31,495 nt of DNA from a virus (lineage: Duplodnaviria; Caudoviricetes). The notes beneath the pieces were generated by a model. The model was not told where the DNA came from. It saw only the letters and a list, made by a program, of their open reading frames with translations, and searched no databases. Below, piece after piece: positions 19,977-27,305 of this stretch. The stretch spans positions 1 through 31,495 of the IMG/VR virus record IMGVR_UViG_3300033076_001217. The stretch is one strand, 5' to 3'. The position numbers were made by a program, and so were the translations under genes. Each line of letters starts with the position of its first letter. Within the stretch, counting starts at the first letter, position 1.

Positions 19977-20725
19977 AAAAATTAGGAGCAGTAATAATAG
20001 AAGATAGAAAAGTACAAGACTTTTATAAGATTGTAAAAGCTCATATGAAGTTTTTACCAAAAGATACGGATGTAATTATATACACTTCGGAAAGTACTGA
20101 AAAGGAATTCAAAAAACTTCTTAGTGATAAAAACATTTATTATAGAAGATATCCTAATAATATCAAAGTACCAAATACAATAGCAAATATAGCTGGGTTT
20201 AATGAATTACTACAAAATAATCCACACCTAAAGCCATTATTGAATTATTGTTTATTTTTGACAGATAGAAACTTTTGGATTGATTTATATGAATACGAAA
20301 GAGTACTTACATTTCAGGTAGATAGTGGATTATTGAGAGAAGGTATTTTAGATTTTTGTGATTGGGATTATGTAGGAGCACCTTGCTATAACTATGTAGG
20401 AGAAAAGACAATTCAGAATGGTGGATTATCAATCAGAAATCCTCGTATAATGGAATACATTTGCAGAAACTTTGGATGGGAAACTGATTTGCAAGATATG
20501 ATTCAATCGGGACAATATTCAACTGCATCATTTTTTGCAGAAGATATATTCTTTTGTTTAAGATTGATTAAATATAATATTGGAAATTACGCACCATTGG
20601 AAGTAGCTAAACAATTTAGTGTAGAATCAAAATTTGAATTGGGAACATTGGGATATCATAGACCTACACCATACATGTCAGAAGTTGATGTTAGAAGAAT
20701 ACTAACACAATACGATAAAGTATAA
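19973..20725 (+). CDS. DUF5672-like protein (predicted GT-A-fold glycosyltransferase)
   Basis: VLTFQVDS...WDYVGAP...NGGLSIRN...AEDIFF...AKQFSVE...LGYH. Start moved from 19940 to ATG 19973, which forms an ATGA overlap with the upstream stop. Confidence 0.75.
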   Translation: MKKLGAVIIEDRKVQDFYKIVKAHMKFLPKDTDVIIYTSESTEKEFKKLLSDKNIYYRRYPNNIKVPNTIANIAGFNELLQNNPHLKPLLNYCLFLTDRNFWIDLYEYERVLTFQVDSGLLREGILDFCDWDYVGAPCYNYVGEKTIQNGGLSIRNPRIMEYICRNFGWETDLQDMIQSGQYSTASFFAEDIFFCLRLIKYNIGNYAPLEVAKQFSVESKFELGTLGYHRPTPYMSEVDVRRILTQYDKV

Positions 20726-20740
20726 TTCCGAATAAAATAA

Positions 20741-20749
20741 ATACTTATT
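20741..20749 (+). promoter_or_regulatory. Putative late promoter variant ATACTTATT
   Basis: 30 nt upstream of ATG 20780. The last base differs from the other copies. Confidence 0.45.
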
Positions 20750-20779
20750 AGTAGTAAAAAATAAATACATCTACTACGA

Positions 20780-23518
20780 ATGAGGCATCATAATTTACAA
20801 GTAACAGGTTCAATTAGTCTTAATGATATAGGAGTAGCTACTAAAGCTGACTTAGCCATATATACTGGTTCCGCTGATACAAAAATTTCAACATTACAAT
20901 CATTTACCGCAAGTGTAAGTACAACAAATACTTTTACTGCTTCAGCAAGTAGTAGATTAAACGCATTAGAAAATACTTCTGCAAGTGTAGATGTATTAAA
21001 TAATACTCAAACTAATAGATTAAATTCATTAGAAACTTTGACAGGTTCTTTGGCAACCACTGGGTCAAACTTCTTTAATGGTACACAAACTATTACGGGT
21101 TCACTCTATATTTCAGCTGATTTGATAGTACAAGGAACTTCATCAATTCAGAATATTACAGGTTCGGCAATTAACATAGGAACTAATATTGTAAATTTGA
21201 ATACTGCAACACCTGCAGTTCGATACGCTGGTTTAACAGTACAAGATAGTGGTTCTTCGGCAGGAGTTACTGGTTCTATGTTGTGGGATTCATTATGTAA
21301 TCGTTGGATATACTCAAATCCATCAACGGTGGGATATAGTGGAGGTATCATAATGTCAGGTCCGAGAGCAGCAACTTTTGGAACTGAAACGACTTTGACT
21401 TGTGGATACATTGCAAAATCAGGTGGTGGAGACCATTTATATGATAGTATAATGTACGAAACCGGAAGTATTGTTAGTGTAGCTGGTAGAATTTGCACAA
21501 CCGGAATATCATCAAATGCTAGTATAACTTTAAATGAAAGCGCTCCAATAAATTTTAGTGGTACGGGTGGATACATTTATACATATTCTAGACGAAGTGG
21601 TGGTAGCTACGGAGCAATAATATATAACAATGGAACGGGTCAAAATTTATATTTCGGTGAAACAGCCGCAAGTACATATTCATTTGGAGCAGGAGGAGCA
21701 TCTACCGATTATACGGGAACATATACTTTATTAAATTTAGATGTTGCAAATAATAGAGTTGGTATAGGTGCAATGGGACCATTAGGTTCATTACATATTT
21801 GTACTCCAACTGCTATTGCGTATATCCAATCAACTACCGGAGCGGCAAATGCAGAAACTAGATTTATTTCAACTACTAGGTCATGGGGGGTTGGTACTAA
21901 TATTGGATTGGGAAGTGGTGGATTTGAAATTTATGATGTAACGGCTGGTGCAAATAGATTTGTAATAGATACAAATGGGAATGTTGGTATTGGTAGAAGT
22001 GTACCTGATGTTAAATTAGAGGTATGTAGCGCTAATACTAATAGTGAACTTTTAGCAACATTTAAAAACGCAGCTGATGCAAATGGTGAATTTACTGCTA
22101 TCAGAATAGGAAACGGAAATAAATTTGCATATGTAGGAACTTTATTACAACCATCCGATGTTGCATATTTCCATACAGCTTGCAACCCTTCTACAAACAC
22201 ATGTGGAATTTATTTAGATGCAAATGGTAGAGTTGGTATAGGACTTTGCCAACCTTCGGCTAGATTAGACATATTACCGCCGGGTGGAGCAACATCCGCT
22301 GGATGTTTTGCAACATCTACTATAAATTTATTAGACCCAACAACTGTTGGAGCTCATTCTCAAATTACTTTTGGTTATACATCTGGAAGAGTTTGGGCCG
22401 CATCTTATATTGGCCATGTTTCTACAAGTAGTTGGAGTGGTGGATATGGTGATTTAGTATTTGGTACAAGAAATTGTGGAAATGATAACGCACCAAGTGA
22501 AAGATTAAGAATAACCGGTGATGGTAAAGTTGGAATCAACAAAGCATGTCCACAAACAACTTTAGATGTAGGTGGACCTGCTAGAATTCATAGCAATTTG
22601 GTATATGGAGTGGGTATAGCTGGTTCATCTGGTAATAATGCTGGTATTGGTACTATCGAAGCTGCTCATTTTAATATTTACGGAAATCAAAGTTGTGATG
22701 TTGTAATTAGAACGGGAGCAACTTGGGATACAACAGGTGTATCTAATACAGGTACTGATAAATTGAGAATAACTTGTAATAATTCAATTGTAGGATATTC
22801 ACAATGGTATACTACCTACACAAAATCATCTGCTACACCTGATGGTGGAACGCAAACAATAAGAATAATAGAAGATTCATTAGGACAATGGGTACAAGTT
22901 GGTAGATTTGCAGCAAATGGCTATGATGCGATTGCAAGTAATTGGAGCTCTGTTAGAGGATTAAGTACGGATTTATGTCAATTGGCAGCAACTCAATTTT
23001 CAGCAGATTGGGGAAGTTCAAAACCAACCGAAATTAGAGTGATGGGTGCAACTGATTTTTGTAGATGGAGAGAAACGAGAACAATTGATTTTGTATATAG
23101 AAATATTCCAGGTAGACCTTGGTGTGTATTTTTTAATGGAGGAAATACAGATGGAACATATGTTACAACAGGTATTGCTAGATATGGATTTAATACTTGT
23201 GGAAATTATGATGGATTTGGTAGATGGAATTCATATGAAGTTTGTATGATTGGTATGAGCGATGGTGCATACACAAACCCATCTTCAGCATATACTACTC
23301 CTACGGCAAATGCATTTTGTTGGTTTAATACTCAAGATGCTAAATTATCAGCAGGGCATGTTGGTGCATATGCTGGACAAGATGGGTCTTGGACAACTTC
23401 ATTTGGATACGATGATAATGCTGCACACTTTAATGATGCATGGCCTAATCAAACATCACAAGGTGGACTTGGAGTTACTATGAATTCGGCAGTTTGGATA
23501 CTATTGAAATTTAACTAA
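20780..23518 (+). CDS. Tail fibre/receptor-binding-like protein 6 (type A adapter)
   Basis: Adapter nearly identical to fibre 4. Several GNVGIG/GRVGIG/GKVGIN repeats and a Trp/Asp/Gly-rich globular C-terminal domain. Confidence 0.78.
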   Translation: MRHHNLQVTGSISLNDIGVATKADLAIYTGSADTKISTLQSFTASVSTTNTFTASASSRLNALENTSASVDVLNNTQTNRLNSLETLTGSLATTGSNFFNGTQTITGSLYISADLIVQGTSSIQNITGSAINIGTNIVNLNTATPAVRYAGLTVQDSGSSAGVTGSMLWDSLCNRWIYSNPSTVGYSGGIIMSGPRAATFGTETTLTCGYIAKSGGGDHLYDSIMYETGSIVSVAGRICTTGISSNASITLNESAPINFSGTGGYIYTYSRRSGGSYGAIIYNNGTGQNLYFGETAASTYSFGAGGASTDYTGTYTLLNLDVANNRVGIGAMGPLGSLHICTPTAIAYIQSTTGAANAETRFISTTRSWGVGTNIGLGSGGFEIYDVTAGANRFVIDTNGNVGIGRSVPDVKLEVCSANTNSELLATFKNAADANGEFTAIRIGNGNKFAYVGTLLQPSDVAYFHTACNPSTNTCGIYLDANGRVGIGLCQPSARLDILPPGGATSAGCFATSTINLLDPTTVGAHSQITFGYTSGRVWAASYIGHVSTSSWSGGYGDLVFGTRNCGNDNAPSERLRITGDGKVGINKACPQTTLDVGGPARIHSNLVYGVGIAGSSGNNAGIGTIEAAHFNIYGNQSCDVVIRTGATWDTTGVSNTGTDKLRITCNNSIVGYSQWYTTYTKSSATPDGGTQTIRIIEDSLGQWVQVGRFAANGYDAIASNWSSVRGLSTDLCQLAATQFSADWGSSKPTEIRVMGATDFCRWRETRTIDFVYRNIPGRPWCVFFNGGNTDGTYVTTGIARYGFNTCGNYDGFGRWNSYEVCMIGMSDGAYTNPSSAYTTPTANAFCWFNTQDAKLSAGHVGAYAGQDGSWTTSFGYDDNAAHFNDAWPNQTSQGGLGVTMNSAVWILLKFN

Positions 23519-23525
23519 TAATAAA

Positions 23526-23534
23526 ATATTTATA
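23526..23534 (+). promoter_or_regulatory. Putative late promoter motif ATATTTATA
   Basis: 16 nt upstream of ATG 23551. Confidence 0.6.
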
Positions 23535-23550
23535 GAAAATAATAAAGTAA

Positions 23551-26295
23551 ATGGCAGGACAATATCGTTTTAAAGACCAGAGTGGAAATATAGTAGCACA
23601 AATATCAGCATCTGTTGATGGTGTTATTTTCTTTTCAAGCTCACAAGTAAACTTTTCTCAAGCTAATAGTATTAATTTGGGAAATGTTCAATTAGCAGGT
23701 ACTGCATCAAATGCATTATTATTAAATGGATATAATGCGCAATCATTTACTTTAACATCATCTATACATCCTTTTACTGCTTCAACAAATAGTAGATTAA
23801 ATAGTATAGAAAATATTACCAGTAGTTTGGCTAGTACAGGTTCTAATACTTTTTTTGGTACTCAAATATTTAGTGGAAGTGTTTATATTGCAAATAACTT
23901 AGTAGTACAAGGTAGTTCTTCTCTTCAAAATATAACTGCTTCGGCAGTTTCAATTGGTACAAATACTATTCTATTAAACACCGATAATCCTGCAGTAAGA
24001 TTTTCGGGTATATCATCAATAGATAGTGGTTCTGCGGCTGGCAAAAGTGGTTCACTGTATTTTGACTCTACTGATAACGAATGGATATTTGTTCATCAGG
24101 GTAATACAGCGGTAACATCTTCAACAATGATTACGGGTCCTGAAACATATGATAGTGTTGGAAATGAAACTCATTTAAGTACCAATGTGATACCAAAAAT
24201 AAAAAATGATTTTCATCTTTATGATTCTTGTATAATCGATGATGGTACAACAACTTGTATTAAAAATAATTTAATTACAACGGGCGCTTCTATATTTTCA
24301 AATAATTTAACCACTCAAGGAACACTTTTTGTACAAAATACTGATTATAATACGGGAACAGCAACTGGTACTAGTTTTAGAATATCATTAAACGCATCAA
24401 GCGGAAACACTTATACAAAAATACAAACATATACTGATGGAGCTGGTACATACGGAAATTTAATATTAAATCCTAGTGGTGCTTGTATTGGCATAGGCAC
24501 TACATCTCCATATTCGACTTTAACTGTTGGTAGTTCAGATGCAACATCTGTAATAACACCTGGTGGAAATAATACTCATTTAACTATTAAAACATTGGGT
24601 GGTAGTGGTGCATTTAGAGTATATTCAATTGGTGGAAGTACTGGTAACTTAGCAACAACTGAATCATTTAGAATTGATGCCAATGGTAGAGTTGGTATTG
24701 GTACATCTACTCCAGGTGCATTGTTAGCTGTACAAGCTGCATCAGGTGCGGATGCATTTGGTCTGTTTATGGGTGGTGCAGGAACTACTTGCGGCGGAAT
24801 AAAAATGGGTAATGATTCTAATACATATGCTTCATTATATTTTGATAATGCAACAAATGATGTATTATTATTTCAACAATACAATACTGGTAATTTAAGA
24901 TTTGGTACAAATTCAATAGAAAAAATGCGTATTACAAGTGGTGGATGTATTACTTTATGTAATAATAGTTTACCATTGGCATCTATATCTCAATTTGGAT
25001 ACTCTTCAAGTTATCAAGTCCTAATTTTAGGAAATACCAATAATGCACAAACTAAAACTTTAGCATTTGGAGTTGATGTTTACGGAAATAATTCAGGAGC
25101 ATTTAGTGGATATGGTAATGAATATATTTGGAGATGCGCTGGTTCATTTATTACTCCTAATTCAGCAAATAATGGATATAATACAATATTTAATTGGAAC
25201 GCAGGTGGATGTAGTTGGTTTAGTAATCCATTGGGAGTTGGTATAACATCACCAACATCGACACTTCATGTAAAATCAGTAAATGATGGATTTAGATTGG
25301 AATCCGCTTGTGCAAGAGGTACTGGTCAAATATATTTTTCATTTGGAGACCCAACAGGTAGAAAAGGATATTTAGGATATGGTTCATCTACAAGTGATTT
25401 ACTTGTATTATCTAACGATATGAATGCACCAGTTGCAATATATACAAATGATACAAAACGAGTTAATATAGCTAATTCAGGTGAAGTAACATTTTGTTGC
25501 CAACTATGTACACCTGGTATTTCAATAACATCAAACCCAATTGGAGTAGAATATTTAATCATCGCCGGTGGAGGTGGTGGAGGTTGGGATGTTGGTGGAG
25601 GCGGTGGAGCGGGTGGAGTCTTAAATGATTCTATTGGTGTATGGCCTGGAACTTATAATATAGGTATTGGAGCTGGTGGACCTGGTAAATCAGGAGGAGG
25701 TGGAGTATCTACATCTCAAAACGGATATAACACATACGCTATTGGATTAATGGCAATAGGTGGTGGTGGTGGTGGAAACTATTCAGGAGGACATGGTTCA
25801 TCCGGTGGTTCTGGTGGTGGTGGGGCTGGTTATGGTGCCACTACTAATGCAGGATTTGGTATGAAAGGACAAGGATTTGAAGGTGGATGTGGTATAAATG
25901 TTTCCGGATATACATCAACTGGAGGCGGAGGCGGAGGAGCTGGTGGTACAGGACCATCTTCTATAAATAACTTAGCAGGTTCAACTACTGGTGGTGTTGG
26001 TATAATTTCTACAATTATAGGAGAACATCGTTCTTATGGATGCGGAGGAAGAGGTGGTGGAGATAACTGGTCAGGTCCAATGAATACCGGAACTGCAAAC
26101 ACAGGTAATGGTGGAGATGGAGCTGGTGTTCCAAACGAAGGATGTGCCGGTGGGTCTGGTATTGTAATTCTTAAAATGAAAAATACAAATTCAGCAACTT
26201 TCTCCGGAGGATTAACAACATATACATGCACCAATGTAGCTTGTTACAATATTTATGTAGTAACAGCTGGCGCAGGAACTGTAACAATTAGTTAA
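23551..26295 (+). CDS. Tail fibre/receptor-binding-like protein 7 (type B adapter, C-terminal glycine-rich domain)
   Basis: Adapter shared with fibre 3. C-terminal VEYLIIAGGGGGG...GGGGGAGG...GGSGIVILK is a polyglycine domain typical of phage adhesin-like proteins. Confidence 0.8.
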   Translation: MAGQYRFKDQSGNIVAQISASVDGVIFFSSSQVNFSQANSINLGNVQLAGTASNALLLNGYNAQSFTLTSSIHPFTASTNSRLNSIENITSSLASTGSNTFFGTQIFSGSVYIANNLVVQGSSSLQNITASAVSIGTNTILLNTDNPAVRFSGISSIDSGSAAGKSGSLYFDSTDNEWIFVHQGNTAVTSSTMITGPETYDSVGNETHLSTNVIPKIKNDFHLYDSCIIDDGTTTCIKNNLITTGASIFSNNLTTQGTLFVQNTDYNTGTATGTSFRISLNASSGNTYTKIQTYTDGAGTYGNLILNPSGACIGIGTTSPYSTLTVGSSDATSVITPGGNNTHLTIKTLGGSGAFRVYSIGGSTGNLATTESFRIDANGRVGIGTSTPGALLAVQAASGADAFGLFMGGAGTTCGGIKMGNDSNTYASLYFDNATNDVLLFQQYNTGNLRFGTNSIEKMRITSGGCITLCNNSLPLASISQFGYSSSYQVLILGNTNNAQTKTLAFGVDVYGNNSGAFSGYGNEYIWRCAGSFITPNSANNGYNTIFNWNAGGCSWFSNPLGVGITSPTSTLHVKSVNDGFRLESACARGTGQIYFSFGDPTGRKGYLGYGSSTSDLLVLSNDMNAPVAIYTNDTKRVNIANSGEVTFCCQLCTPGISITSNPIGVEYLIIAGGGGGGWDVGGGGGAGGVLNDSIGVWPGTYNIGIGAGGPGKSGGGGVSTSQNGYNTYAIGLMAIGGGGGGNYSGGHGSSGGSGGGGAGYGATTNAGFGMKGQGFEGGCGINVSGYTSTGGGGGGAGGTGPSSINNLAGSTTGGVGIISTIIGEHRSYGCGGRGGGDNWSGPMNTGTANTGNGGDGAGVPNEGCAGGSGIVILKMKNTNSATFSGGLTTYTCTNVACYNIYVVTAGAGTVTIS

Positions 26296-26304
26296 AATTA
26301 AAAT

Positions 26305-26679
26305 ATGGCACATTACGCATTTTTAGATGAAAATAACAAAGTTACCGAAGTAATTGTAGGTAAAGACGAAAATGAAGATGGAATAGATTGGGAACAGCAT
26401 TATTCTGAAATAAAAAATCAAGTTTGTAAGAGATGTTCTTACAATACAATAGGTGGTATACATAAAAATGGAGGTACGCCTTTTAGGAAAAACTATCCTG
26501 GATATGGATTTTATTATGATGAAACTAAAGATGCTTTTATTCCTCCAAAAGAATTTGATAGTTGGATATTAAATGAAGATAGATGTTTATGGGAAGCACC
26601 TGTTGAAAGACCAAATGATGGTAAAAAATATATTTGGAACGAATCTATTGTAAATTGGGAAGAAGTAATAATCGTTTAA
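26305..26679 (+). CDS. Conserved phage protein (MAHYA family), probable partner of the Gly-rich fibre domain
   Basis: MAHYAFLDENN.V.EVI...SYNT...FRKNY.G.G..YD...DAFI.PK.FDSW.L.E..C.WEAP. From recall, this family usually follows Gly-rich domain genes. Confidence 0.7.
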   Translation: MAHYAFLDENNKVTEVIVGKDENEDGIDWEQHYSEIKNQVCKRCSYNTIGGIHKNGGTPFRKNYPGYGFYYDETKDAFIPPKEFDSWILNEDRCLWEAPVERPNDGKKYIWNESIVNWEEVIIV

Positions 26680-26691
26680 GCAAAAAAATAT

Positions 26692-26700
26692 ATACTTATA
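26692..26700 (+). promoter_or_regulatory. Putative late promoter motif ATACTTATA
   Basis: 33 nt upstream of ATG 26734. Its context TATATACTTATATACAAACA is identical to the copy at 30864. Confidence 0.6.
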
Positions 26701-26733
26701 TACAAACAACTAAATTAAAAACAAAAATAGATT

Positions 26734-27192
26734 ATGGAAAAAATTAGTTTAAAGTTACATGAAATTCTTACTTTGGATGCCGAATTAAATGGTGTAAAAA
26801 ATCAACAAACTGGCGAAGTAACAATTAAAGGATTAGCAAACGAAAAATTATCATTGGTTGTGAAATACCATATGAACGAACTCTCTAAAAAAGTTGCAAT
26901 TGAAAAGCAAAGTGTTGATACATTGAGAGAAGAATTAATTAAAAAATTAGGTACAGAAGAAGATGGACAAGTATTCATCAAAATGTACGATGAAGTAAAG
27001 GATGAAGAAGGAAATATAGTCTCTCGTTCATTAACTGAAAACTTCATTGAATTTAATAAAGAGTACGATACTCTATTAAACGAAGTAAAAGAATTGGAAT
27101 ATCGCCCATTTGAATTATCAGAATTAGCATCAATTGAAACAGAAGCAAACTATGATGTTTTCTTCAAATTGATTAAAGCTCCTACCGAATAA
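26734..27192 (+). CDS. Hypothetical acidic, helical protein
   Basis: 152 aa, Glu/Lys-rich, with its own motif copy and codon usage like its neighbours. Weak recollected resemblance to DUF1617-like phage proteins. Confidence 0.65.
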   Translation: MEKISLKLHEILTLDAELNGVKNQQTGEVTIKGLANEKLSLVVKYHMNELSKKVAIEKQSVDTLREELIKKLGTEEDGQVFIKMYDEVKDEEGNIVSRSLTENFIEFNKEYDTLLNEVKELEYRPFELSELASIETEANYDVFFKLIKAPTE

Positions 27193-27223
27193 TCATTAAG
27201 GTATTACCAATTTATTTTTTTAG

Positions 27224-27263
27224 TTAAAAGTTCATTACATATTTAAATGTTTTGAACTTTTAA
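27224..27263. terminator. Inverted repeat, possible terminator or processing hairpin
   Basis: TTAAAAGTTCA (27224-27234) pairs with TGAACTTTTAA (27253-27263), with inner ACAT/ATGT pairing. Confidence 0.5.
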
Positions 27264-27266
27264 TTT

Positions 27267-27275
27267 ATATTTATA
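27267..27275 (+). promoter_or_regulatory. Putative late promoter motif ATATTTATA
   Basis: 30 nt upstream of the sheath ATG 27306. Confidence 0.62.
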
Positions 27276-27305
27276 GTAGAATTTAAAAACTAATAAAGAA
27301 ATAAA

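Noticed and set aside
23046-23483. Two short alternative-frame + strand ORFs inside fibre 6
   Set aside because: Off-frame, with the M/L/V/H-rich composition typical of shifted reading, and no leader or promoter motif.
25560-26160. GGT/GGA-rich stretch as a microsatellite or G-quadruplex element
   Set aside because: It is fully explained by the polyglycine domain, which uses mixed Gly codons.
4812-26295. Reassignment of TGT/TGC codons as the cause of the odd cysteines
   Set aside because: The replaced residues vary (T, N, D, G, S), the effect is regional within genes, and Cys occurs at plausible ordinary sites in the sheath (NDCF) and the enzymes.
4812-26295. Diversity-generating retroelement or invertase shufflon acting on the fibres
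   Set aside because: No reverse transcriptase or recombinase lies in the window, no template/variable repeat pair differing only at adenines was seen, and all cassettes are full genes in the same orientation.
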